DNA of 63,896 bases, the filler included. It is 6 parts of 6 records of this genome, joined end to end, with 100 filler letters (N's around TTAATTAATTAA, not from the genome) between each part and the next. Parts side by side here need not be neighbours in the genome. Positions count along the whole stretch, not along the records: positions 28,165 to 51,754 come from DRR378314_185; positions 51,855 to 58,043 come from DRR378314_205; 4 more parts are not named here. One strand, written 5' to 3'. Below, one piece after another: positions 42,481-52,367 of this stretch. The notes under the pieces were generated by a model, which did no database searches, was not told where the DNA came from, and worked only from the letters and a program-made list of their open reading frames with translations. Position numbers and translations under genes: made by a program. How positions within the stretch are numbered: the stretch's first letter is position 1; each line of letters opens with the position of its first letter.

Positions 42481-43510
42481 ATGTACCTCCGGCCTGCCGG
42501 GAACCACGCCGGTGGCGACGGTTCCTTGATGCGCGTTTTGCAAAACTTACAGACCAAAGCGATGTCACTGCCGGCACGATTCCTTTGGGCAGAAACAGAA
42601 CGAACAACACAAGAATGATCCCTGTGATCAAGGTGTTATCGATCAGCGTTTGCTGCCCGAGTGCGAACTTCAGATAGGCCAACCCGGCAGCGCCAAGAAT
42701 GGGGCCAAAACGCGTGCCCAGCCCGCCAACAATGCACCAGATGATGATCTCGGCGGATTGGCCAAGGCTGAACAGACCGGGGGTCACAATCTCCCCCCAG
42801 TTCGCAAAGAACCCGCCTGCCAGACCAGCAATTCCCGCCCCTATTGCAAAGAGGGCCGTCTTGCGCGCCCGCACGTCATACCCCATCAGGGACACGCGGG
42901 TTTCATTCTCCCGAATACCAACCGCGATGCGCCCGAAAGGTGTGCGCAACAACCAGGTGATAAAGAAAAACACCATGATCAGCGCGACGGCACTGACATA
43001 ATACAGCGCATCACCCCAGATATAACTGTCGGGTTGTCCGGGGACGTTCAATGTGTGGAAACCGGGAATGCCATTGAAGCCACCCAATCTGGCCTCGCCA
43101 ATCTTATATTGCGGACCTGCCGTGGAATTCACAAATTTGAACAGGATCAAGGTCACCACTAAAGTGATAACGCCCAGATATACATCCGTCAGACGTCCGT
43201 AGAACATCATCGCCCCCAAAAGGGCAGCAAACAGGGCCGGAACAAAGACCGCCAGCAGCATTGGAACGGTGCTTTCGCCGATATTGATCGCAGCAACGGC
43301 ATATGTATATGCCCCAAGCCCGAAGAACGCGGCCTGTCCAAAGCACAGGATGCCGCCAAACCCCCAGATCAGCCCAAGACTGAGCGCCAGCATGCCGTAG
43401 ATGACGAGAACCGTAAGCGTATAGGTGCTGATCAACATCGGCATGACAAACAACAGCAAGACAGCAAAGATCAAAGCCGCAACATCGCCTTTTCCCCATG
43501 TAAGCGACAT
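42473..43510 (-). CDS. UrtC/LivM-like ABC permease
   Basis: LIWGFGGILCFGQAAFFGLGAY, GGFNGI, VGGLGTRFGP. Confidence 0.88.
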   Translation of the reverse strand: MSLTWGKGDVAALIFAVLLLFVMPMLISTYTLTVLVIYGMLALSLGLIWGFGGILCFGQAAFFGLGAYTYAVAAINIGESTVPMLLAVFVPALFAALLGAMMFYGRLTDVYLGVITLVVTLILFKFVNSTAGPQYKIGEARLGGFNGIPGFHTLNVPGQPDSYIWGDALYYVSAVALIMVFFFITWLLRTPFGRIAVGIRENETRVSLMGYDVRARKTALFAIGAGIAGLAGGFFANWGEIVTPGLFSLGQSAEIIIWCIVGGLGTRFGPILGAAGLAYLKFALGQQTLIDNTLITGIILVLFVLFLPKGIVPAVTSLWSVSFAKRASRNRRHRRGSRQAGGTYG

Positions 43511-44376
43511 TACATCTTCCCCTTGAAAAACTTGCCGGTCACACCCTGCGGCAACAGGCGCAGCAGGATCACGGCGGCGATAAGAAGGGCGACTTCTCCG
43601 ATCACAGGCGAGATCGCGAATGTGAAGATTTGATTGACCAGCCCAAAGAGGCCCGAACTGGTGACCAATCCTGTGATCAGGGCCGGGCCGCCGGCAATCA
43701 CTGTGATGAAGGCTTTTGCGATATAGATCCCGCCGGATGTAGGGACGAGGCCAACCAAGGGTGCCAAAACAGCACCGGCAAGCCCGGACAATGCAGATCC
43801 GCAAAAGAAGGTCGCCATATAGATGCGATCAGGACTGTATCCAAGGGCCGCAGCAATGTCGGAACGCTGCATCGTTCCCCGTGCGATCAACCCGGCCCGC
43901 GTTGTTTTCAGCAGGACATAGATGCCCACAAGCAAGCAGATAGTGATGAAAATGACAAAGAAGTTGTAGCCGTTGATCTGGTAATTTCCAACGGTAAACC
44001 CCTTGATCGGTGTGGTGATGCTTGTGGTGGTATTGCCAAAAATCATCGTCACCATACCGATGAAAAACAGGCTAAGCCCCCAAGTCGCCAACATCGTATC
44101 GACCAGACGGCCATAGAGGTGGCGAATGACCAACCGCTCAACGAGCAACCCAATCAGGCCAACAACAAGCGGCGCGATGATCAGCATGGCAACAAAGACA
44201 TTCACACCAAGGTTCACCGCTGTGATGGTCGCATAGCCGCCCATCATCATAAATTCACCATGCGCAAGGTTGATCACTTTCATCATCCCGAACACCACGG
44301 CCAGACCAACACTGATAAGAGCCAATGAGGCGATGGCGTAGAGAATTTCCACCAATATGACGAATGACAGATCCAT
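43510..44376 (-). CDS. UrtB/LivH-like ABC permease
   Basis: GLAVVFGMMKVINLAHGEF, LYGRLVDTMLATWGLSL. Confidence 0.9.
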   Translation of the reverse strand: MDLSFVILVEILYAIASLALISVGLAVVFGMMKVINLAHGEFMMMGGYATITAVNLGVNVFVAMLIIAPLVVGLIGLLVERLVIRHLYGRLVDTMLATWGLSLFFIGMVTMIFGNTTTSITTPIKGFTVGNYQINGYNFFVIFITICLLVGIYVLLKTTRAGLIARGTMQRSDIAAALGYSPDRIYMATFFCGSALSGLAGAVLAPLVGLVPTSGGIYIAKAFITVIAGGPALITGLVTSSGLFGLVNQIFTFAISPVIGEVALLIAAVILLRLLPQGVTGKFFKGKM

Positions 44377-44479
44377 GAAGGCTCACATGCTTTTGGGAAT
44401 GCCGGGGACCACCCGCAGCATAGGGGGATTTGAAGGGCCACCCCGTAAGGCAGCCCGTTGAGATCACGACCGCAAGGGT

Positions 44480-45703
44480 TTAGATTTCGATCTCATATTG
44501 GGTATTGTCGTCCGGATTGGCTTCCAGATCGCAGACCGCTTGTGTATCAATCGGCTGCCGTTGCGGGAGCGTTTCGATCACCTTCATCTGCTGGTCCTGA
44601 ATTTCCATCACATGAACATCAAGGACCGCGTGATGTGTCTTGGGGTCCACAGTCACAACGCCGCCGGGACCCGTGATCGAAATACCGGTTTCCAGCGTTT
44701 CGATGATCGCGTCACGCTCAAGCGACCCCGCTTTGCGGACCCCTTCTGCCCAAGTCAGGATCCCGTGGTAGTTGGATACCGCAATTTCATGCATGCTTTG
44801 ATCGCCGTCATTGGCAGCGGCCCAGGCCTCTTTGAAGGCATTGTTTTCTGGCGTGTCCAATTCTTGCGAATAGTTGTAGGCCACCATGATCCCGTTGCCC
44901 TCTTCAGGGGTCAGCACCTTGTGCTCATTGCCAACGCCCAGTGTCGTCGACGCCAGGGGAATACGATCCTTCATGCCAGCGGCAGCCCATTGCCGGAAGA
45001 ATGACAAATGATTACCCCCGACAAGCGGTGCGATCACCAGATCAGGTGCGGCCGTCTGGATCTTGGCAATGGTTGAGCCAAAGTCGGCGACATCCAGCGG
45101 GAAGAAATCCACGCCGACGGTCTCGCCACCATTGTCGGCCACGAACTTTTGAATCCAGTTCGCCATATACTGTCCGTAGTTATAGTCTGCGGCAAGAATA
45201 TAGACCTTTTTGCCCGATTTACCCATTGCATAAGGCACCAATGCCTCTACTTGCTGCGCTGGTGTCACACCGTTGATAAAGATATTGCGATCACAGACAC
45301 CACCCTCGTAAAGCACGTTATAAAAGTAGAGCGTTTGCGACCTGCGCATGGTTTGACGGATCGCCTCGCGGGAGGCGGACAGAATACCGCCATGGACCAC
45401 GTCAACCTGATCCTGTCGCGTTATCTGTTGGCCATATTGCGTATAAAGCGCCATGTCCGACTGCGTGTCATAGGAAACAACTTCGACCTGCTTGCCCAGC
45501 AAACCACCGTCAGCGTTGATCTGGCTCACCGCCAGACGCATCGCCATGTCCATCGGTTTGCCATAGGCGTCAAAAGGGCCGGAAGTATCCAGAATGGACC
45601 CCAATTTGATGGCATCAGCAGCCAGTGCGAAGCTTGGCAACATGGCGGCACCGGTCAATGCAGCGCCTGTTCCCAGAAATTTACGTCGATTGAATGTAGT
45701 CAT
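44480..45703 (-). CDS. Urea/short-chain amide ABC substrate-binding protein (UrtA/FmdD-like), Tat signal
   Basis: MTTFNRRKFL; SASREAIR, YNVLYEGG, ADYNYG motifs. Confidence 0.88.
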   Translation of the reverse strand: MTTFNRRKFLGTGAALTGAAMLPSFALAADAIKLGSILDTSGPFDAYGKPMDMAMRLAVSQINADGGLLGKQVEVVSYDTQSDMALYTQYGQQITRQDQVDVVHGGILSASREAIRQTMRRSQTLYFYNVLYEGGVCDRNIFINGVTPAQQVEALVPYAMGKSGKKVYILAADYNYGQYMANWIQKFVADNGGETVGVDFFPLDVADFGSTIAKIQTAAPDLVIAPLVGGNHLSFFRQWAAAGMKDRIPLASTTLGVGNEHKVLTPEEGNGIMVAYNYSQELDTPENNAFKEAWAAANDGDQSMHEIAVSNYHGILTWAEGVRKAGSLERDAIIETLETGISITGPGGVVTVDPKTHHAVLDVHVMEIQDQQMKVIETLPQRQPIDTQAVCDLEANPDDNTQYEIEI

Positions 45704-45751
45704 ATTTCCCTCCACGCATGGCTCCCCACCATGCTCTGTTGATTGCATCGT

Positions 45752-47350
45752 TTATTTTTTGTCGTCTTTCGCCTTGATGCGATTGGCGTAATCGGCTGTG
45801 CGGCCAGCAATATTCGGATCGAAATCAAGGCCAATTTCCTCTCCCATCTGCTTCATCGCGGGCAAACGGACGGCCATGCCCAGGATCTGATCCATTGCAG
45901 AGCCAAAGGCGCTGTCACTGCTGCCCTCCCCTGATGGCCCTGCCTGCATGCCTGTCCCGCCGATGTGGTTGATTTTAATCGAGTCGATCTTTTCCACCGG
46001 CTTCATCATCTGCGTCATGATCTCCGGCATCCGGTCGAGCCGCTTTTCTTCCAAGCGCATTCCGACAAGCGCATCGCTCATGGTGTTTTCTGCCTCGATC
46101 AGAGCAGTCTTACCCTTCGCAGCAGCTTCGGATTTCGCCAGTTCAGCAGCAGCCAGCGTTTTGGCGGCTTCGGCCTCTGCTTTGGTTTTAAGGGCCAATG
46201 TCTCGGCATCGCTCTTGGCCTGTGCAGTGCTCAGTTCGATTTCTTTGGCCAGCTTCAATCCGGCCGTCTCATGTTCACGGCGGGCTACGGCTTTTTCTTT
46301 CTGTGCCTGAACATCTTCGGCTGCCAAAAGCACCGCAACCCGCGCCGTTTCCTCGGCAGCCTGTGTCTTGAATTCCGCAGTGCGCAATTGCGCCAGCTTC
46401 GTATCATTTGCGATCTTGGTTTCTTCCAGTGCAAGGATCGCGGCCATTTCGGTGCGGCGCAACGCTTCGTCATTGGCGACCTTTTCAGCTTCGATACGTT
46501 TCAAAGACGTCAGCCTTTGCTGTTCGATCAAAAGGTCGGCTTCTGATTTTGCCGCTTCTTTTTTGGCGCGCGATTCTGCCTCAAGCCGCTCGATGGTTTC
46601 TTGTTGCGCAATTGTTGCCTCGCGCTCTGTACGGTCGATTTCCAGCTGACGCTGATGTTTGGCAAGGCCGCTTTCCCGCACCGCGATATCGGTTTCGGTC
46701 TCGATACGAACCCGCGCGCGGCGTTGTTCCGCAACAAGTTCTGCGTGACGCCGCAAACCTTTGGCAGCAAATGCGTTTTGCTCGTCCAACTGTGACAGAT
46801 CACTTTGATCAACACGGATCAAAGATGCCGAAATAAGTGAAAGGCCAAATTGCGCCGCTTTTTTTGCCACTGCGGCTTCGACTTCTGATGTGAAACTTGC
46901 GCGGTTCGAATGCAGCGCATCAAGGGACCGCGTTGCCGCCGCATTCTGCATCGCATCAAGCAAAGAGCCTTTCAAAAGCTCTTCGATGGCATCACCACCC
47001 CGCTCCACCCTCGCCCCCAATGCCTGAGCGGCGGTTGCCACGGCCTCATCAGTGCCTTCCACCCTGAATTCAAACTCCATCGCAACATCCGCGCGCAGCT
47101 GATCTTCAGTCAACAAGCCCTCGCGGCCTTTGCGTTCGGCTGAGAATGTCACTGCCCCCATCATCACACGCTGCACCTGGTGCAGAATTGGAAGGGCGAT
47201 GCAGCCGCCGTTTAACACAACTTTCCGACCACCGAGGCCGGTCCGTACCAAGGCGGAGTTCAGCGTGGCTTTTGCATAAAATTTTTGGAGAAACCAAATG
47301 CCAAGCAAGATGACAATGGCCAACACAATGATGGAAAAAACCCAGATCAA
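45752..47350 (-). CDS. Flotillin/SPFH-domain protein (YqiK-like)
   Basis: N-terminal TM; ALVRTGLGGRKVV..GGCIALPILH, F.RVE..EAVATAAQALG, Ala/Glu coiled coil, KPVEKIDSIKI; GGGAGGG RBS before TTG 47350. Confidence 0.85.
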   Translation of the reverse strand: MIWVFSIIVLAIVILLGIWFLQKFYAKATLNSALVRTGLGGRKVVLNGGCIALPILHQVQRVMMGAVTFSAERKGREGLLTEDQLRADVAMEFEFRVEGTDEAVATAAQALGARVERGGDAIEELLKGSLLDAMQNAAATRSLDALHSNRASFTSEVEAAVAKKAAQFGLSLISASLIRVDQSDLSQLDEQNAFAAKGLRRHAELVAEQRRARVRIETETDIAVRESGLAKHQRQLEIDRTEREATIAQQETIERLEAESRAKKEAAKSEADLLIEQQRLTSLKRIEAEKVANDEALRRTEMAAILALEETKIANDTKLAQLRTAEFKTQAAEETARVAVLLAAEDVQAQKEKAVARREHETAGLKLAKEIELSTAQAKSDAETLALKTKAEAEAAKTLAAAELAKSEAAAKGKTALIEAENTMSDALVGMRLEEKRLDRMPEIMTQMMKPVEKIDSIKINHIGGTGMQAGPSGEGSSDSAFGSAMDQILGMAVRLPAMKQMGEEIGLDFDPNIAGRTADYANRIKAKDDKK

Positions 47351-47432
47351 AGCTACCCTCCCAAGCAGACAAGAATTTGGGATCGCGCTCATCAGTGTGG
47401 CAACAAGTCCCTTTCACTTAGGCTTGCCGAGT

Positions 47433-47479
47433 TTTGTTTCCAATTCAAGTATTTTATTTTCCAATTCAAATAAAATACT
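47433..47479. promoter_or_regulatory. Tandem candidate MarR operators upstream of the flotillin-ABC operon
   Basis: TTTCCAATTCAA x2 (47437, 47458; 21-bp period); perfect 12-bp IR AGTATTTTATTT/AAATAAAATACT (47448-47479). Confidence 0.65.
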
Positions 47480-47492
47480 CAACTATCTGAAA

Positions 47493-48644
47493 TTATAGCT
47501 TTTTAATGATCCTGAATAGGGCACCATCCGCTTTCGCCAGATAAATAGGTGCCACACCAAGCGGCTGTTCCGCCTTGTTGGGACGTCGAACAGAGTCGAA
47601 GCTGATCGCGCCTGAGCAACGACTGTCCTTGTCGCTCCAGTCGTCTTTATGCATGGTCATGAGACCTGCAAGGAACTGCACACCTTCATAGGTAGACTGG
47701 CCAAGCGAATTCAAGGCCGGCGCGGTTTCTCCATGAATCGCATAATACCTTTCACGGAAGTTTTCGTTTTCAGGTGTCGACAGCGCCCCGAAGTATGATG
47801 AGGCCGAGTAGAGCTCTTTAAGGTTGTCCTCGCCACTTGCTAACAGACCATTTTCCTCAATCGCACATGAAAACCGGATCATGCGTTCATGCATCCCCGC
47901 CTCACCAAAAGCGCGGTTGAAGGTGATGGCATCCTGCCCAACCAGCGAAATCAACACCGCCTCCGCGTCGGTTTCAGCAATCTCTGCAACAAGCCCGGAC
48001 ATGTCGTTCACCCCGAAGGGCATATATTTTTCAAACGAGATCCGGGCGGACATCTGCGAGAGTTTTTCTGCGGCATAGGTATTGGATGAACGTGGCCACA
48101 CATAATCATTGCCGACAAGTGCCCAGTTCTTGATGTTCATATCATTGCAGAAATGTTCAAGTGCCGGCCCGAGTTGACGGTCAGGCGTGTCGCCGATGGC
48201 GAAAATACCCTTGGTATTCTCCCCCCCTTCATAGAGCGGCGTATAGATATAGGGCACGCGTTGGCGCACAATCTTGCTGAGGTTCTGACGCACGGCACTG
48301 ATATGCATGCCGACAATCGCATCAATCGCGCGAACCTCAATCAGAGAGTTGATGACTTCCTCGACCGGGGTTTGCGCCTCAAGTGCTGAATCAATCATGA
48401 TCAACTCTATCGGGCGACCGTTTATCCCGTCTTTCGCATTCAACTGCGCAACGGCCACCTGCGCGCTTGAGATACAGGAAGGTGCCCAAAGCCCCGCAGA
48501 ACCACACATTGGGATCAGCAACCCGATACGAAACGTGCCTCGCGGAAAGTCCGCAAGCTTGCCCTCGATCTCACTGAGCTCGCTCGGCACGATCACCTTG
48601 GACAAGCTTGGACCGATTGAGGATGTGTTAGAAGCCGCCAACAT
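47493..48644 (-). CDS. AmiC-like cytoplasmic amide-sensing protein (type 1 periplasmic-binding fold, no signal peptide)
   Basis: IGLLIPMCGSAGLWAPSC, GMHISAVR, YTPLYEGG, GNDYVWPR, GQSTYEG; start uncertain. Confidence 0.82.
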   Translation of the reverse strand: MLAASNTSSIGPSLSKVIVPSELSEIEGKLADFPRGTFRIGLLIPMCGSAGLWAPSCISSAQVAVAQLNAKDGINGRPIELIMIDSALEAQTPVEEVINSLIEVRAIDAIVGMHISAVRQNLSKIVRQRVPYIYTPLYEGGENTKGIFAIGDTPDRQLGPALEHFCNDMNIKNWALVGNDYVWPRSSNTYAAEKLSQMSARISFEKYMPFGVNDMSGLVAEIAETDAEAVLISLVGQDAITFNRAFGEAGMHERMIRFSCAIEENGLLASGEDNLKELYSASSYFGALSTPENENFRERYYAIHGETAPALNSLGQSTYEGVQFLAGLMTMHKDDWSDKDSRCSGAISFDSVRRPNKAEQPLGVAPIYLAKADGALFRIIKKL

Positions 48645-48665
48645 GACTGCCAAAGTGCATTGAAA

Positions 48666-48685
48666 ATACTTTCCAAGTCAACTAT
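48666..48685. promoter_or_regulatory. Third copy of the operator box, in the divergent amiC/marR promoter
   Basis: ATACTTTCCAAGTCAACTAT, 15/20 identical to each box at 47433 and 47454; imperfect palindrome. Confidence 0.6.
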
Positions 48686-48719
48686 TTCTATCCACAACCA
48701 CCAGAGGATCAGAGCTGCA

Positions 48720-49142
48720 ATGTCAAAATCAAACCCTGTTCAATCCTATTTGTCCTATTCACTCGCAACAGCGCATCGCAAAGTGCATGGGTCACTCAGC
48801 AGGAGATTGAAGGAATTTAACGTTCAGGTTGAGGCCTGGCGGGTGATGGAAATTCTTGAGAGTGGAACAGACATGACAATGGGCGATCTTGCCGAAGCGG
48901 TGCTGATGAACCCGCCCACATTGACAAAACTAGTGGATCGTATGGTCTCCGATGGCATCGTGCACCGCCGCATGGCCAGCATTGATCAAAGGCAGGTGAA
49001 CCTTGTGCTTACCGATCTGGGACAGAAACGTGTTGGTCAAATTCGCGAACAAGCCAGACTCGAAGATGACGAAATCCTGGATAAGATCGGGGTTGAGAAT
49101 GCCGATCTGCTACATCGGATTCTGGGCGAGCTTGTAAAATAG
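48720..49142 (+). CDS. MarR-family transcriptional regulator
   Basis: WRVMEIL..MGDLAEAVLMNPPTLTKLVDRM..G.V.R..DQR..V.LTDLG. Confidence 0.9.
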   Translation: MSKSNPVQSYLSYSLATAHRKVHGSLSRRLKEFNVQVEAWRVMEILESGTDMTMGDLAEAVLMNPPTLTKLVDRMVSDGIVHRRMASIDQRQVNLVLTDLGQKRVGQIREQARLEDDEILDKIGVENADLLHRILGELVK

Positions 49143-49206
49143 TCGATTGGGCCAACGCACTGATAGAGGCGTAAAACCCTCTGACGTCTTACACCGAGAG
49201 ATGAGA

Positions 49207-49236
49207 AAAGCCGCCGAAGGGGTCTTCGGCGGCTTT
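49207..49236. terminator. Bidirectional intrinsic terminator between marR and the DAHP synthase gene
   Basis: AAAGCCGCCGAAG-GGGT-CTTCGGCGGCTTT. Confidence 0.8.
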
Positions 49237-49259
49237 AGTTTTTCCAAAAACGGCTGGCG

Positions 49260-50630
49260 TTATCCGGCAGCTTGCGCGCGCTGCTGGTCCCGGCGGGCGC
49301 TCAACTCTTCCGCAACAAGGAAGGCCAGTTCAAGCGACTGGCTGGCGTTCAGGCGCGGATCGCAGGCCGTGTGATAGCGATCTGACAAATCCTCGTCAGA
49401 GACCGCACGCACGCCACCGGTGCATTCGGTCACATCTTGCCCTGTCATCTCGAAATGCACACCGCCGGGGACTGTGCCCTCTGCCGCATGCACGCCAAAG
49501 AACTCGCGGACTTCGCGCAGCACGGATTCGAAAGGCCGCGTTTTGTAGCCGGTCGAGGATTTGATCGTGTTGCCGTGCATCGCGTCACAGGTCCAGACCA
49601 CATTGGCCCCTTCTTCCTGTACCGTTTTGATCAGACGTGGCAGGTTATCCCCCACCGCTCCGGCACCGAAACGCGCGATCAGGGTCAGACGCCCCTCTTC
49701 GTTTTGCGGGTTCAGTTTGGCCATCAGCAGTTTCAGATCCTCGGCTGTCATGCTGGGTCCGCACTTCAGGCCAATCGGGTTCATCACACCAGAAGCAAAT
49801 TCCACATGTGCGCCATCCGGCTGACGTGTGCGGTCGCCGATCCAGATCATATGGCCGGACCCCGCCAGCCATTTGCCGGTCATACTGTCCTGACGGCACA
49901 ACGCCTCTTCATACTCCAGCAACAGCGATTCATGGCTGGTATAGAATTCCACCGATTGCAGCGTATGCGCGGTGTCGGAATTCACGCCAGCGGCGGACAT
50001 GAAATCAAGCGTGTCGGAAATGCGATTGGCAATCTCCCGGTACTTCGCGGCCTTTTCCCCATCGGTAAAGCCCAGCGTCCAGCCATGTACCTGATGCACA
50101 TCTGCGTAACCACCAGTCGAGAACGCCCGCAACAGGTTCAGCGTTGCCGCCGCCTGCGTGTAGGCGCGCAGCATTTTCTCCGGATTCGGAATGCGCGCAT
50201 CGGCGGTGAAATCCAGATCGTTGATGATGTCACCGCGGTAGCTGGGCAGTTCCACACCATCGACGGTTTCGGTATTGGCCGAACGCGGTTTCGCAAATTG
50301 GCCGGCCATCCGGCCCAGCTTGATCACCGGCACCTTGGCACCATGGGTCAAGACAATCGCCATCTGCAACAGCACTTTGAAAGTGTCACGAATCGCATCC
50401 GAGCTGAACTGCTCAAAGCTTTCAGCGCAATCGCCGCCCTGCAACAGGAATGCTTCGCCGCGACCCGCTGCTGCAAGATGCCGCTTCAGCCGGTTCGCCT
50501 CGCCGCCAAAAACCAAGAGTGGATAACGTGCAAGCTGTGCCTCTACGGCATTCAGGGCCGCTTGATCAGGATAGTCAGGCATCTGGATTCGCGGTTTATT
50601 GCGCCAGCTTGATTTACTCCACTTGGTCAT
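49260..50630 (-). CDS. Class II 3-deoxy-7-phosphoheptulonate (DAHP) synthase
   Basis: [44 protein letters not shown]. Confidence 0.96.
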   Translation of the reverse strand: MTKWSKSSWRNKPRIQMPDYPDQAALNAVEAQLARYPLLVFGGEANRLKRHLAAAGRGEAFLLQGGDCAESFEQFSSDAIRDTFKVLLQMAIVLTHGAKVPVIKLGRMAGQFAKPRSANTETVDGVELPSYRGDIINDLDFTADARIPNPEKMLRAYTQAAATLNLLRAFSTGGYADVHQVHGWTLGFTDGEKAAKYREIANRISDTLDFMSAAGVNSDTAHTLQSVEFYTSHESLLLEYEEALCRQDSMTGKWLAGSGHMIWIGDRTRQPDGAHVEFASGVMNPIGLKCGPSMTAEDLKLLMAKLNPQNEEGRLTLIARFGAGAVGDNLPRLIKTVQEEGANVVWTCDAMHGNTIKSSTGYKTRPFESVLREVREFFGVHAAEGTVPGGVHFEMTGQDVTECTGGVRAVSDEDLSDRYHTACDPRLNASQSLELAFLVAEELSARRDQQRAQAAG

Positions 50631-50821
50631 GGTCATTTCTCCGGTCAAAGCGCTGACTGTCAGCGCTCTCAAGGTCTTTTCTATACAAAACACAGTGCGC
50701 AGTGACCAGAACCCATTTACGACCTCTTGACGCCGCCCTTTGACCATGGGCAGGGTTCCGGTCAGGTTCAAATGCAATTTCGTTTTTGGGCATCGTTTCC
50801 ACTTCCATCGAAGGACGCTCT

Positions 50822-51754
50822 ATGTCCGCACCCCTCTCTGCCACCCGCGTTCCAATCGATACTGAAAAACCGCGCCGGTTCGTTTTTGTCTTGCTGGATC
50901 AGTTCAGTCTGCTGTGTTTTGCCACAGCGGTCGATAGCCTGCGGATCGCCAACCGGATGGCAGGCAAGACCGTCTATACCTGGATCGCGATGGGTGAAGG
51001 TGGCGAAACCATATCCTGTTCGGCCGGATCGGTGTTTCAGCTGGACGATGATCTGGGTGAACTGCTGCGGGATGACACAATTCTGGTCTGCGGCGGTATG
51101 GACGTGCAGGACGCGACCAGCAAAAAGGTACTGGGCTGGCTGCGCCGCGAGGCCCGCAAAGGGCTGGTTGTGGGCGGCTTGTGTACGGCGGCCTATACTT
51201 TGGCCAAGGCCGGTCTTCTGGACGGCAAACGCGCAACCATCCATTGGGAAAATCAGGACAGCTTTGCCGAGGAATTTCAAGAGGTTGACCTGACCAAATC
51301 GGTCTTTGTGGTGGATGGCAACCGGCTGACCACTGCCGGTGGCACGTCTTCGATTGATCTGATGCTGAAACTGATCGCCGATGATCAGGGCGAGGAACTG
51401 GCCAATGCCGTGGCGGATCAGCTGATCTATTCATCCATCCGCACCGATCAGGATACCCAGCGCCTGTCCGTCCCGACCCGCATCGGAGTGCGCCATCCCA
51501 AGCTGTCACAGGTCATTCAGATGATGGAAAACAACATCGAGGAACCGATCAGCCCCTCGCTGCTGGCCAAGGATGTCGGCATGTCCACACGCCAGCTGGA
51601 ACGGCTCTTCCGCCGTTACCTGAACCGCTCTCCCAAACGCTATTATATGGAATTGCGCCTGCAAAAGGCCCGCAACCTGTTGATGCAGACCGATATGAGC
51701 GTGATCAACGTGGCGCTGGCCTGCGGCTTTGCCTCTCCGTCGCATTTCTCCAAA
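50822..51754 (+). CDS. GlxA-family AraC regulator (DJ-1/PfpI + AraC HTH), 3' truncated
   Basis: LRIANRMAG, GGLCTA..LAKAGLLDGKRATIHWEN, MSTRQLERLFRRYL, ACGFASPSHFSK. Confidence 0.92.
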
Positions 51755-51854
51755 NNNNNNNNNNNNNNNNNNNNNNNNNNNNNNNNNNNNNNNNNNNNTT
51801 AATTAATTAANNNNNNNNNNNNNNNNNNNNNNNNNNNNNNNNNNNNNNNNNNNN
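51755..51854. other. Artificial contig spacer
   Basis: N44-TTAATTAATTAA-N44. Confidence 0.99.
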
Positions 51855-52247
51855 GGCGTCGATGGCGCAGACGATGCACTGGCTGCCGAATTGGTCCGCT
51901 GCCTTGGCGATCACATCCGGATTGGCGACGGCAGCCGAGTTAAAGCTGACCTTGTCTGCCCCAGCCAATAGCAAGGCGCGCACATCATCCTTTGTGCGGA
52001 CCCCTCCGCCCACAGTCAGGGGAACGAAACATTGCTCTGCCGTGCGTCGAACCACATCAAACATGGTGCCCCGATTTTCGTGGGTGGCGTGAATGTCGAG
52101 AAAACATATCTCGTCCGCTCCGGCGGCGTCATAAGCCTTGGCTGATTCGACCGGATCACCTGCATCGCGCAAGCCTACAAAGTTCACCCCTTTGACCACG
52201 CGGCCATCGGCGACGTCCAGACAGGGAATGATACGGGTTTTCAGCAT
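51855..52247 (-). CDS. hisF: Imidazole glycerol phosphate synthase cyclase subunit, 3' truncated
   Basis: [39 protein letters not shown]. Confidence 0.96.
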
Positions 52248-52367
52248 CGGCCTTCCTTTGTTGGCCGCACCCTTACCGGCAAAGCCCCGCCGATGCCAGA
52301 CTTGTGATTGTGATCTGGCGTGAAGCCATAGAAATTAGAGGTGAAATTCATGAAAAGGATTACCGAG

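Noticed and set aside
37533-49191. 7-bp inverted match TAAGACG/CGTCTTA flanking the amide island as possible transposon ends
   Set aside because: Too short; no transposase, integrase or target-site duplication.
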